Assembly: GCA_037305845.1 (NCBI GenBank)
Contig: CP147778.1
Span: forward strand, 1,056,001-1,120,000
Length of the DNA stretch: 64,000 nt
Direction of reading: 5' to 3'
DNA from: Candidatus Freyarchaeum deiterrae
GTDB taxonomy: Archaea; Asgardarchaeota; Jordiarchaeia; Jordiarchaeales; Jordiarchaeaceae
A program made the translations under genes and the position numbers. The notes under the pieces are model-generated. The model made no database searches and had not been told where the DNA came from. It saw nothing but the letters and a program-made list of their open reading frames with translations. Below, piece after piece: positions 28,458-38,565 of this stretch (within the stretch, counting starts at the first letter, position 1; each line of letters starts with the position of its first letter).

Positions 28458-29790
28458 AGAAAAATGCGGTGTATTCGGAATCTACGCCTTTGACGAAAAG
28501 TGGAATGTTTCAAGATTTTTGTATTACGGTCTGATCGCGTCGCAGAATAGGGGGCAAGAAACCTGTGGAATAGCTGCTTTCAACGGAAACGAAATTAGAT
28601 GCGTCAAAGGCAAGGGAATGGCGGAAGAAGTTTTTTCATCAGAAAAGTTGGAGAAGGTACCTGGCTGGATAGGAATAGGAAACGTTTGTCCATTTAACCC
28701 AGAATCCACAGATAACATACAGCCAGTCAGCGATAGTGATTCCGGACTAGCTTTCAGCTACAATGGGAAAATTCTTAATTTCAAAGAAATTTCTCCTAAT
28801 TCGAATGTCGGCAAGAATGAAGACGCGAATGTTGCCGCAAGGTTATTGTCTAAGGAATTAGAGAAGAGCGATCCCTTAGAAGCGACTGAGAGCGTTATGG
28901 AGAAGTTTAAGGGTGCTTACTCATTCACAGCCATTACCAAAAGGGGGGAGATGATTGCAGCTCGAGACCCGATGGGCGTAAAGCCCCTCTGTATAGGGAG
29001 CTTTGGTTTCGATCACGGAGCTGTAGCCTCCGAGAGCGCGTCATTAGATGTTATAGGTGCCGACTACAAGGCGCCAATAAAACCCGGAGAAATTTATGTC
29101 TTCACACCTTACAGTATAGAAAGAAAGCAGGCCTTCAAACCGGAGCCTCGTTACTGCGCCTTTGAGTATGTGTATTTTGCGCGCCCAGATTCCCTGATAA
29201 ATGATAAGTCGGTTTACGAAGCCAGAATGAAGATCGGAGAATACCTTGCCAAAGAGTTTCCAGTGAACGCTGACATTGTTATAGGGGTTCCTGAAACCGC
29301 TATACCATTCGCTATGGCTTATTCGGACTACACGGGTATTCCCATAGAAATGGGATTCGTAAGAACCGGCCGAGCGGTACGAACCGCAATAAAGCCTACA
29401 CAATTTGAACGGCTTGTGGGAGTACAACTTAAGCTAAATCCAATCCGTCACGCTATTAGAGGAAAGAAAGTAGTTTTAATTGATGACAGCGTAGTTAGAG
29501 GGACCACAACTAGAAACATTGTTAATTTAATGCGCAACCGTATAGGAGCTAAGGAAGTTCATGTAAGAATTGGCAGTCCCCGATTGATTTCTCCTTGCCC
29601 ATTCGGTGTTGAAGTTCCTGAGAAAGACGAACTTATCGCGGCTAACTTGTCAGCAGAGGAAGTAAGCAAGGTTGTTGGCGCAGACACTTTTGCTTGGCTA
29701 TCACTTGAAGGTGTTATCAATTCAACAGGATTCCCAAAGGAGAAATTATGTTTAGGATGCTTTACAGGTGAATACCCCCTTGGAGAGTAA
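28447..29790 (+). CDS. purF: Second amidophosphoribosyltransferase with divergent glutaminase motifs
   Basis: EKCGVFG, CAFEYVYFARPDS and DDSVVRGTT present, but SQNRGQE and GNVCP replace LQHRGQE and HVRYST. Confidence 0.88.
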   Translation: MKFKEKCGVFGIYAFDEKWNVSRFLYYGLIASQNRGQETCGIAAFNGNEIRCVKGKGMAEEVFSSEKLEKVPGWIGIGNVCPFNPESTDNIQPVSDSDSGLAFSYNGKILNFKEISPNSNVGKNEDANVAARLLSKELEKSDPLEATESVMEKFKGAYSFTAITKRGEMIAARDPMGVKPLCIGSFGFDHGAVASESASLDVIGADYKAPIKPGEIYVFTPYSIERKQAFKPEPRYCAFEYVYFARPDSLINDKSVYEARMKIGEYLAKEFPVNADIVIGVPETAIPFAMAYSDYTGIPIEMGFVRTGRAVRTAIKPTQFERLVGVQLKLNPIRHAIRGKKVVLIDDSVVRGTTTRNIVNLMRNRIGAKEVHVRIGSPRLISPCPFGVEVPEKDELIAANLSAEEVSKVVGADTFAWLSLEGVINSTGFPKEKLCLGCFTGEYPLGE

Positions 29791-29795
29791 TAAAA

Positions 29796-31274
29796 ATGGT
29801 TAAAGTTCTACTTGTGGGAAATGGAGCGAGAGAACACTCCATTGCAGACGCATTAGCAAGAAGCACACACGACCCCAAGATTTATTCTGCGGCAAGCGAA
29901 AAAAATCCAGGAATAGTTCGCATATGTGAAGAAACAGGCGGAGAAATCATTCTAGGAAAGCCAACAGACCCAAAATTCGTAGCCGAGACCGCCCAAAAAC
30001 TCTCGGTAGATTTCGTCTTCATAGGACCTGAGGAACCACAGTTCCTTGGTGTAGCGGATGAGGTTGAAAAACAAGGAATCCCCTGTATAGGAGCAAAAAA
30101 AGGCCCCGCAGAGATTGAAATGTCCAAAGCATTTATGCGGAGACTAATGTGGAAGTATGACATACCCGGAAGGCTAAGATTTATGGCGTTTAAGAACGTT
30201 GAGGACGCCATAGCATACATAAATGAATTTGCTGAGAGTGTAGCTCTAAAGCCCGCACGGCAGGCAGGGGGAAAGGGAGTAAAGGTCATTTCCGACTTAC
30301 AAGCATATCTCCAAGAGGAAAAAGCCGAAGTTAAAAGAAAGCACGCCCAAGACATATACGAAAAACACATGCAACCATATGACGACATTGAAGACCGAAT
30401 ACTAATAGAACAGAAAGTAGAAGGCCCAGAATACACGATACAGTGCTTCACGGACGGAAAAACCGTAAAGCCCCTACCACTAGTTCAGGACAATAAAAAC
30501 GCATACGAGATGGATGTAGGACCGGAAACTGGCGGCATGGGCAGTATAGGAGGACCGGGATTAACGCTCCCCTTCATAAATGGAGAGGAGTACAAACAAT
30601 CAGCCGCGATAGTGGAAATGACAGTGAAAGCTATAAATAAAGAATTGAACCAACCCTACCGCGGAGTAATAGCAGGTCAAATGATGCTAACCGCCCTATG
30701 GGGACCCACAATAATCGAGTTTTACTCCAGATTCGGAGACCCAGAAGCCGTAAACGTATTTCCAATACTTGAGACGGATTTAGTGGATATCTCAGAAGCT
30801 ATAATAAGTGAAAAACTTCACAAAATCAATTTAAAATTCAAAGACACGGCAACAGTTGTAAAATGCGTGGCACCCAAGGGCTATCCTGACAGAAGGGATT
30901 TAGCAAAGGGTCATCCACTGAGCGTCGACGAAGCAGCAATCAAAAAAAGAGGCGCAAAAGTCTTCTACGGCTCAGTAGGATTAGAAAACGGAGAAATAAT
31001 CACAGGTGGATCACGAGCTGTAGAAATTTATGCTGATGCTGATACAATTCCAGAAGCATCAGAAATAGCAGAAAGCTGCGTAGATAGTATTAAACTCAAG
31101 GACAACTGGGGATTATTCCACAGGTCGGACATCGGTAGCGAAACACTCTTGGAAAAGAGAGTTGAGTTAGCACAATTGATTCGAGAGATATACAATTATC
31201 GCAAAGAAAAAAGGCTTATAGGAAAACAAGTGGATTGGATACCCGGAAGGGGACGTATAGAATACCAAGCTTAA
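29796..31274 (+). CDS. purD: Phosphoribosylamine-glycine ligase
   Basis: GNGAREH, GPEEP, AGGKGV, GPETGGMG, RFGDPE. Confidence 0.95.
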   Translation: MVKVLLVGNGAREHSIADALARSTHDPKIYSAASEKNPGIVRICEETGGEIILGKPTDPKFVAETAQKLSVDFVFIGPEEPQFLGVADEVEKQGIPCIGAKKGPAEIEMSKAFMRRLMWKYDIPGRLRFMAFKNVEDAIAYINEFAESVALKPARQAGGKGVKVISDLQAYLQEEKAEVKRKHAQDIYEKHMQPYDDIEDRILIEQKVEGPEYTIQCFTDGKTVKPLPLVQDNKNAYEMDVGPETGGMGSIGGPGLTLPFINGEEYKQSAAIVEMTVKAINKELNQPYRGVIAGQMMLTALWGPTIIEFYSRFGDPEAVNVFPILETDLVDISEAIISEKLHKINLKFKDTATVVKCVAPKGYPDRRDLAKGHPLSVDEAAIKKRGAKVFYGSVGLENGEIITGGSRAVEIYADADTIPEASEIAESCVDSIKLKDNWGLFHRSDIGSETLLEKRVELAQLIREIYNYRKEKRLIGKQVDWIPGRGRIEYQA

Positions 31275-31407
31275 ATTCTTTTATTATTCCACCCTAATAA
31301 GAGATTTAGATTCTTACAAAGACTTTTTAAACCAGTTCAATTTAGAACAAAGAAGTGAATATTACTGAGAATTTTCAGTAAAGAGAAGAGAAGAAGGGTG
31401 TAAAATT

Positions 31408-31812
31408 ATGGCTGAAAAGAAACCTTTGGTCTCCATAATCATGGGCAGCGAATCCGACAAGGAAATATCTGCGAAGGCTGTTGAGGTTTTAAAGAGCAGT
31501 AATATACCTCACGAGGTAAAAGTGATTTCTGCCCACAGGAATCCAAAAGAATTGGAGAAGTATATATCTGAAACAAAATCAGTAATTTTCATCGCAATAG
31601 CGGGGCTAGCCGCTCACCTACCTGGATTTATAGCCTCGAGAACCGAGAAACCGGTCATCGGAGTACCTGTAAGTTCTAAACTAGGGGGTCTGGATTCTCT
31701 ACTCTCAATAGTGCAGATGCCTTCAGGTGTACCTGTAGCTTGCGTAGGTATTGACAATGCCCAAAACGCGGCTTTCTTAGCATTGAGAATATTAAAACTG
31801 GCAGGATATTAA
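31408..31812 (+). CDS. purE: AIR carboxylase / N5-CAIR mutase
   Basis: [35 protein letters not shown]. Confidence 0.95.
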   Translation: MAEKKPLVSIIMGSESDKEISAKAVEVLKSSNIPHEVKVISAHRNPKELEKYISETKSVIFIAIAGLAAHLPGFIASRTEKPVIGVPVSSKLGGLDSLLSIVQMPSGVPVACVGIDNAQNAAFLALRILKLAGY

Positions 31813-31843
31813 AAAGCTCTTAAGGAATGGAGGCTTCATAATA

Positions 31844-33229
31844 GTGGATTTCCAAATAGTTATTGTGGGAGCGGGGCCAGCGGGATTAGCCGCAGCCTAT
31901 GAACTCACAAAAAATGGAGTTAGAAACATTGCAGTCATAGACCAAGGTAAAGCCGCCACCAAAAGACAATGCCCCATGATTAATAATTACAAAATGTGCG
32001 CACACTGCGCGGTATGCGATATAATGTGCGGAGTGGGTGGAGCAGGTACCTATTCCAGCGGGCTTTTAAATTTGAGTCCCTTCATAGGCGGAGACTTAAC
32101 TGAATTCACTAAAAACGAAGAAGAGGCGTGGGAACTCGTTAATCTTGTAGATCAGATATTCATTGAAAATGGCGCACCGAATAACCTCTTTAAACCAGAA
32201 AAAGATAAGGTCGAAGAGCTCGAGAGAAAGGCTTCTTCTGCGGATATTAAGTTCATACCAATAACTCAAAGGCTTATTGGCACTGATAACGCGTGCAAGG
32301 TAATTGATGGAATTCATTCTCGATTGGAGAGTAGAGGAGTGAAATTCCTTCTTAAAACCAGAGTCAAAGATGTAAAAGAGGGAGAAATATTACTTGACAA
32401 CGATGAGAAACTAAAATTCGAATACTGTATTCTCTCGCCTGGAAGATCGGGAATGAAATGGCTTGAAGGACAGATGCACAATATCGGTATCAAAACCCAA
32501 TATCTGCCCGTGGATATAGGTGTAAGAGTAGAGGTCCCAGCAAGTATAATGGAGCCAATATGCAGCATACAACGTGATCCCAAGTTTCACATTCGCACAT
32601 CAACTTTTGATGATTTTGTGAGAACCTTCTGTGTAAACCACAGAGGATTTGTGGTCATGGAAGTTTACGAGGATCACGTTGGTGTAAACGGATACTCGTT
32701 TATGGAGAAAAAGTCGGATAACACAAATTTTGCTTTATTAGTAAGAGTGGGGCTCACCGAGCCCCTTGAAGACAGTACGGCTTACGGCCGATCAATAGCT
32801 ACGCAGATTACGATTCTGGGTGGAGGGAAGCCGCTTCTCCAAAGGTTGGGAGACCTGAGAAGAGGAAGAAGATCTTATTGGTCAAGAATTGAGAGGGGAG
32901 CGGTAAATCCGACACTTCTCTCAGTAAATCCAGGGGATGTGTCAATCGGGATTCCCTATAGACTTTTGACAGATATACTTGAAAGTTTAGAAAAACTTGA
33001 TAAAGTCATTCCAGGAGTTGCGGGTGACTCCACACTACTTTATGCTCCTGAGATTAAATATTCTGCAAAAAAGGTTCTCACAGATAAAAACTTGGAAACA
33101 GGAATATCCAACCTATTTGTCGCGGGAGACGGCGCCGGCGTTTCAAGAGGTATAGTGACCGCGGCAGCCACAGGAATTATAGCAGCACGAGGCATACTCC
33201 AAAAGATTGGTTCAGATAAATCTAGTTAA
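31844..33229 (+). CDS. FAD-dependent oxidoreductase with N-terminal Cys cluster (COG2509-like)
   Basis: GAGPAG, CP..CAHCAVCDIMCGVGGAG, DIGVRVE, VRTFC, VNG, AGDGAGVSRG. Confidence 0.85.
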   Translation: MDFQIVIVGAGPAGLAAAYELTKNGVRNIAVIDQGKAATKRQCPMINNYKMCAHCAVCDIMCGVGGAGTYSSGLLNLSPFIGGDLTEFTKNEEEAWELVNLVDQIFIENGAPNNLFKPEKDKVEELERKASSADIKFIPITQRLIGTDNACKVIDGIHSRLESRGVKFLLKTRVKDVKEGEILLDNDEKLKFEYCILSPGRSGMKWLEGQMHNIGIKTQYLPVDIGVRVEVPASIMEPICSIQRDPKFHIRTSTFDDFVRTFCVNHRGFVVMEVYEDHVGVNGYSFMEKKSDNTNFALLVRVGLTEPLEDSTAYGRSIATQITILGGGKPLLQRLGDLRRGRRSYWSRIERGAVNPTLLSVNPGDVSIGIPYRLLTDILESLEKLDKVIPGVAGDSTLLYAPEIKYSAKKVLTDKNLETGISNLFVAGDGAGVSRGIVTAAATGIIAARGILQKIGSDKSS

Positions 33230-33492
33230 ACTTCGTGAATTCATGAAAGTAGTGAGAAAGAGTTATATCTGCATAAAATTTTTTTTGGGCCAAAACATAA
33301 TAACAATAGAAAATCGCTGTGTCTGTAGAGTAAGTTTTCAAAACTTTTTCTTTAGAGTAAGGGCGAAATTTAATCAACTAGAATGTGAATTATAAATATT
33401 GCAATAATTCCATATACTCTTTTAAAGAAAAGATATAGAAAAGAAGAAAATCTTCCGGTAAAAATGAAGCTATTAACGGAGGCAAAGTTTTA

Positions 33493-34035
33493 ATGAGCTT
33501 TGAAAACAGAGGATGGGGCGATTTGGAAACCCTTCAGAATGTTAATGAGTGTTTTAAGCGTCTAAAACTAGGATTGGAAGATTTAATGAATAATAAATTT
33601 GAGGACGCTTTATCCGCTTTATCCGACGCCTCGACACTCATATACATAAATCTTAACCGTACTTTTTCCAGTGATATTGACTCTAAACATGCATGGGGGG
33701 TTGCCGTGCAATTTGACCTATTAGTTATTTCGCTGTCGCTAAGTTTTCTTGCACGCATGAAACAAGATGGGGAAGAAGCAAAAGAGAGTCTGGGTGGAGC
33801 AACATCGCTCGTTGCACTCATCACGGGCTTCTTGAATCCTATGATAAAAAGTGTAATTGAACAAGAACAGAGAACAGAGGGTTTTAGGTTGAATGAAAAG
33901 GATAGATCTCTATTGGGATATATGATTCAACTAAATGAAGTCGTTAGAGAATTCAGAAGACAATTTGAAGTAGTTAAAAAAGTAAGCACTAATGAGCAAA
34001 AACCAAAAAAAGTTGGAAAAAGAAAAGAATTTTGA
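33493..34035 (+). CDS. Hypothetical helical protein
   Basis: 180-aa ORF with GGAGG SD. Confidence 0.65.
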   Translation: MSFENRGWGDLETLQNVNECFKRLKLGLEDLMNNKFEDALSALSDASTLIYINLNRTFSSDIDSKHAWGVAVQFDLLVISLSLSFLARMKQDGEEAKESLGGATSLVALITGFLNPMIKSVIEQEQRTEGFRLNEKDRSLLGYMIQLNEVVREFRRQFEVVKKVSTNEQKPKKVGKRKEF

Positions 34036-34046
34036 GATTAAAGATA

Positions 34047-36080
34047 TTATTTAGTTACTGCAATTTCTTCCTGATTTTTTGAAAGCAATTTTCCCTCGTT
34101 GGTAAGGATCTCGGCATGAGCAGTGTACTTTCCTGCCGGATAGCCCTTAAATTCGAATATGCACCCGGTCTTTATTACGCTATCAGGCACAATGTTCACA
34201 GTTGTTTGCTTTTGATTTAGTTTATTCCCATTCTCGTCTTCTAACCAGTAAATAAGCGTAACATCAGAATATCCTTTGTACATATCGTTAACAATCCAGA
34301 TAACCCCTTTATCACCCGCCCTCACCACATCTTCAACCTCAATGCTTACGAGCACAGGCTGGTATCCCGTCTTGACGGCATAGTAACCCTTTTTTGGCTG
34401 GCGGTAATAGTCCACAACACTCCAAGTTATTGCGGGCCAGCAGTCGACAAACATAAACTGGAATATTCCAGTCATCGGGTTATACTTTGCCCGTCTGTAG
34501 GTCTCGATAGCATACTTAAGGAGCTTATACTGGTAGTTTTGACTGTTAATAATAAAATCTTCAAGAGAGTTTCCGAGTTTTATTTTAGCCATATTAAAGG
34601 TCTGCATGTGTTGAAAGTCATGAAAAGCCCACCTCTTCCAGTTAGGTGGCCACAAGTCCTCCGCAGCCATCATCTTTTTCATAGTTTCTATGTTTGGAAG
34701 TGCCTGAGCGCCGAATTCGTTACAGAAAGGCTGAGCTAAGAGCTTTGAGAACTTTTTGTAATCCTCCTCGTACCAACCGGGATAAGTATGAAACTCAGTC
34801 GTTGATCCAAGATCCACATAACGCGTGTTATCTTCTTCCGAAGCGGCGGTCAACAGTAGCGCATCAATACCTCTCAATTGATGTAAATCAGGCTCGTTAT
34901 GACAGCACCAAACAACGATGCAGGGATGATTGTAAAATGTCCTAACCATGTCCCTAATCTGAGTAGTAGCATTCCCAGCAAAATTGTCTGATCTTGAATA
35001 CCACCATTGTAAGGCGAAATCCTGCCAAACCATAATTCCATTCTCATCACAAGCAGAATAAAACTCCTCCCTGTTGACATGCGCGTGCACACGTACCGCG
35101 TTAACATTCGCGTCTTTGAGAAGCCTGATATCATTCGCAATCATTTCAGCGGTATATTCTGAAAGCCACTGCGTTGGAATAATATTAGTCCCTCTAACAA
35201 AAATTCTACTTCCATTAAGATACCAATTATAGCCAGAATCTATCATGACTTCTCGAATACCAAACCGCTCCCTTACCGAATCAAGTACGCATTCTCCATC
35301 TTTAATAACCACAGTTAAATAATACAAATTCTGATTCCCATGGTCCCAAGTCCACCAAAATTCTGGCCTTTTAATAGTCTGTACAAAAAATTCCCTATTT
35401 ATGCCCTTACCCAAAAAAACCCGTCTACACGCTGATAATTTATTATTAGAAGAAAAGTTTGCAGGCTCAATTTCTATTTCAATCGTTATTTCTTTAGGGT
35501 CACCAAAATTTTCTATCTCACTATCCACAATTATCCTAGCAAGTTTCTCGGATTCAATTTTTGGAGAGATTTTAACTTTAGATATTCTGATTTTGTTCGT
35601 TATTAGCAAACAAATATCGTTCCATATTCCTCCTGTATTGTAATCCTGACCGTGCTCTGGATCCCAAGAACCGGGACGGCAATCATGGTGGTTTAGAACA
35701 CCTTTAATTAACGTTTTATGACTGGGCCAAACAGGTTTTTCTTCCTTTGGTGAATTCACTCTTACAAGCAGAGAATTATCTTCCTTGATGACCTTGGTTA
35801 CGTTAAACATGAAGGGTTGAAAATAGCCCTCATGATGACCGATAAAAACATCATTAAGATAAACATCAGAAAAATAGTCGACACCCTTGAAACTAAGCCA
35901 AAACTCTTTATCAACTGGTCTTTCGTCTAACTGAAAATCTCTCTGAAAATAAACAGTTCCAGAAAAATCCAGTCCCCTGAGATACCAATTCGCTGGAAGC
36001 AGTATCTCCTTCCAATCTGAATCATTATTCGGAACAGATTCTAAACTATATCTCCATTTTCCATTTAAGCTAATCAGCAT
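34047..36080 (-). CDS. Glycoside hydrolase family 2 (beta-mannosidase-like)
   Basis: SLNGKW, FKGVDY, HEGYF, FGIR, RGTN, VRVHAH, WCCHNEP (acid/base), NEFGAQA (nucleophile). Confidence 0.9.
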   Translation of the reverse strand: MLISLNGKWRYSLESVPNNDSDWKEILLPANWYLRGLDFSGTVYFQRDFQLDERPVDKEFWLSFKGVDYFSDVYLNDVFIGHHEGYFQPFMFNVTKVIKEDNSLLVRVNSPKEEKPVWPSHKTLIKGVLNHHDCRPGSWDPEHGQDYNTGGIWNDICLLITNKIRISKVKISPKIESEKLARIIVDSEIENFGDPKEITIEIEIEPANFSSNNKLSACRRVFLGKGINREFFVQTIKRPEFWWTWDHGNQNLYYLTVVIKDGECVLDSVRERFGIREVMIDSGYNWYLNGSRIFVRGTNIIPTQWLSEYTAEMIANDIRLLKDANVNAVRVHAHVNREEFYSACDENGIMVWQDFALQWWYSRSDNFAGNATTQIRDMVRTFYNHPCIVVWCCHNEPDLHQLRGIDALLLTAASEEDNTRYVDLGSTTEFHTYPGWYEEDYKKFSKLLAQPFCNEFGAQALPNIETMKKMMAAEDLWPPNWKRWAFHDFQHMQTFNMAKIKLGNSLEDFIINSQNYQYKLLKYAIETYRRAKYNPMTGIFQFMFVDCWPAITWSVVDYYRQPKKGYYAVKTGYQPVLVSIEVEDVVRAGDKGVIWIVNDMYKGYSDVTLIYWLEDENGNKLNQKQTTVNIVPDSVIKTGCIFEFKGYPAGKYTAHAEILTNEGKLLSKNQEEIAVTK

Positions 36081-36300
36081 CTGTATTCTCCCTTGTCCGG
36101 TTTTTATCCAGCAATACTCATCGACTAAAAGGCTTCAGGAATAATTTGTATATAAATTGCTGTAGTTCAAGTTTCTTTAAAAAAGATTTGCGGTCTTTTC
36201 CCGTTTCCATTCATAAATAAATTGTCTTTAAATAGCAAATAGCAGATAATAGGAATGCCAACTCAACGAATTTTCACTAAAAAATAGGACAGTTAACAAA

Positions 36301-36828
36301 GTGAAAAGATCAAGTTTCTGGTTGATTCCACCAAAAGATTTGAGACAAAAATGCTTAGAGTTTATAATTCTGGAAGGATACTTTAACCCAAAAACATTCT
36401 CAGAATTAGAATACGCTCTACACAACCAGGAGTATCCTCACAATGCCCTCATTCGGGAGTTGTGTAGAAATATTAGATGCCCTGAAATCTGCGAAAAATG
36501 TCAAGCCAAATGTACATGGAAAAAATTCTGCGAAAAAATAAAAAATCTACACATTGAGAGAAGCCCGCCATGTGTAAGAAAAGCTTTCAAGCTTGGAAGA
36601 TTTGGAATAGTTATAACTTACTTTAGTTTACTGGGTCTCCTTTCAAACACAATAGGCGAGTACCCAATGATAAAATGTCTCGATATGAAAAAACAGAACC
36701 TGTGCCAAACAGATAATCTCTGCAAAAATATCGAATCAGGAAATTTAACCGAGTATTATAATATACGTCTAACAAAAAAGATTACAGAGGAGATAAAAGG
36801 ACATAGATCCCAAATTTTGAGGAAATAA
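36301..36828 (+). CDS. Cys-rich protein resembling the primase large subunit C-terminal (Fe-S) region
   Basis: SPPCVRK and KCLDMKKQNLC..LC patterns; extra CPEICEKC. Confidence 0.45.
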   Translation: MKRSSFWLIPPKDLRQKCLEFIILEGYFNPKTFSELEYALHNQEYPHNALIRELCRNIRCPEICEKCQAKCTWKKFCEKIKNLHIERSPPCVRKAFKLGRFGIVITYFSLLGLLSNTIGEYPMIKCLDMKKQNLCQTDNLCKNIESGNLTEYYNIRLTKKITEEIKGHRSQILRK

Positions 36829-36856
36829 AAAGATAAATGTTTATAAAATATTTATG

Positions 36857-37948
36857 TCACTCTTTTTTCCAGAGCTTTAGAGCAATTTCAGACGCACGAT
36901 GTTTCTGCCACAACTCGAGATACCTCAGTATGTTCTCATCATTTTTGTAAACATCAAACACTATATCATACTTCGCTTTCAAAACCGGGAGAAAAGAACT
37001 CTGCAAAGCTTCTTCATAATCACTAAGCCCTTCTAAGTCGTCCTCACCGAGAACTTTGATAATCGTCTTCGCTGCTAGTTCACCAGATTCAAGAGCGTAA
37101 GGAATTCCTTTGCCAGATATAGCATCAACAAAACCAGCAGCATCGCCCACAGCCACCACACCGTTCTCATGAAGCATCTCACGACTTTTCAAAGGAACTA
37201 AGTGAGCCGCGGTTCTAATGGTCTCACCACTCGATAACACTTTGCTCACGGGCTCGTAGTCGAGAAATTTTTGGAAAGACTTCCTCGTATTAGCAATCTC
37301 CGAGAGGAGACAACCCCACCCCAAACTTATTACATTTTTTTTGGGAAAAGCCCAACCATACCCATACTTGCTTATATCTTTTCCAAAATAAAAATTGATG
37401 GTTTTTTCGCCGATAATCTCAGCTATTCTCTCCTCGTTGGAAAGAATTTCTTTTTGCACAGTCAAGTAAACTTCACTCGGTTTAAACGGGCTCCAACCTA
37501 TGGATCTTAGTGTAGAGGAAGTAACCCCGTCAGCCGCCACAACAAGTTTAGCTTCAACCTTACCCTTTCTAAGTTTAAGCTGATAAACACCATTTTTCTG
37601 AATAACATTCTTTAGAGTCTGAGACTCCGAAAGTTTGGCACCAGCCTCAGCTGCGAGATTTTGAAAATAGGCATCAAATTTTAAACGCCACACCACTGCT
37701 CCCGGACCGATCCTACGATAAACCTTCCCAGAAGTGTGATAAAGCACTATTGTCTCCACTTCGCGTTCTATTAACTCAATTGGAAGTTTGTATTTGGGCA
37801 CAAGAGTTAATTCTATAGCGCCACCACACGGCTTGTATCGAGGTATTTCCTCCTTATCAATCAAAAGCACTTTATATCCAGCCTCTGCAACAAGTCTAGC
37901 AGACATAGAGCCCGAAGGCCCGGCACCTACAACTGCGACGTCATACAA
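36857..37948 (-). CDS. Geranylgeranyl reductase family flavoprotein
   Basis: GAGPSG, PRYKPCGG, AADG, GYGWAFPK, GDAAGFVDAISGKGI. Confidence 0.9.
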   Translation of the reverse strand: MYDVAVVGAGPSGSMSARLVAEAGYKVLLIDKEEIPRYKPCGGAIELTLVPKYKLPIELIEREVETIVLYHTSGKVYRRIGPGAVVWRLKFDAYFQNLAAEAGAKLSESQTLKNVIQKNGVYQLKLRKGKVEAKLVVAADGVTSSTLRSIGWSPFKPSEVYLTVQKEILSNEERIAEIIGEKTINFYFGKDISKYGYGWAFPKKNVISLGWGCLLSEIANTRKSFQKFLDYEPVSKVLSSGETIRTAAHLVPLKSREMLHENGVVAVGDAAGFVDAISGKGIPYALESGELAAKTIIKVLGEDDLEGLSDYEEALQSSFLPVLKAKYDIVFDVYKNDENILRYLELWQKHRASEIALKLWKKE

Positions 37949-38158
37949 ATAGCTGAACCCTCATAGAAACTCTCTGAACTGGAAAATTATTGAACACTAT
38001 CTGGTTAATATACTTTTGGGAGAGTATATATATTATTATTCTGCAAAAACGGGAAACCCATCCAATATCATTCCCCTTTTCGTTTTCCAAGTCAATGAAA
38101 GCTTTTTATAGATGAAAGAAGTAATTTAAGAGTGGATTCTGAATAGGAGGAAAGCAAA

Positions 38159-38401
38159 ATGCCCAGAAAGAAAGATGAAACAGTAATTCCTGTCGCACCC
38201 ATCGACAGACTGATGAGACTCGCAGGAGCAGACCGAGTCTCAGAAAGCGGAGCCGCAGCACTGGCGAAAATACTAGAGGAACTCGGACTCGAAATAGCAC
38301 GATTAGCAGACGAAATGGCAAAACACACAGGCAGAAAAACAATAAAAGAAGAAGACATAAACTTAGCATACAAAACCTGGAAAAAAGCAAAATACCCGTA
38401 A
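38159..38401 (+). CDS. Archaeal histone (HMf-like) with short basic extensions
   Basis: IPVAPIDRLMR.AGADRVS...AKHTGRKTIKEEDI; SD AGGAGG. Confidence 0.95.
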   Translation: MPRKKDETVIPVAPIDRLMRLAGADRVSESGAAALAKILEELGLEIARLADEMAKHTGRKTIKEEDINLAYKTWKKAKYP

Positions 38402-38565
38402 CATAACAAACCATCATTAAACCCCAAAAAAAAGAATGTCGACCAACAACATCCTTGCCAAATATGGAAATTCAACAAGCTCTTAAAAAACTTTTACCAA
38501 GAAACTTTGAAGTCTAATCTACCAAGCCTTTTGAAATTTAAATTTCAAAAATAAAGAAATTGGTT

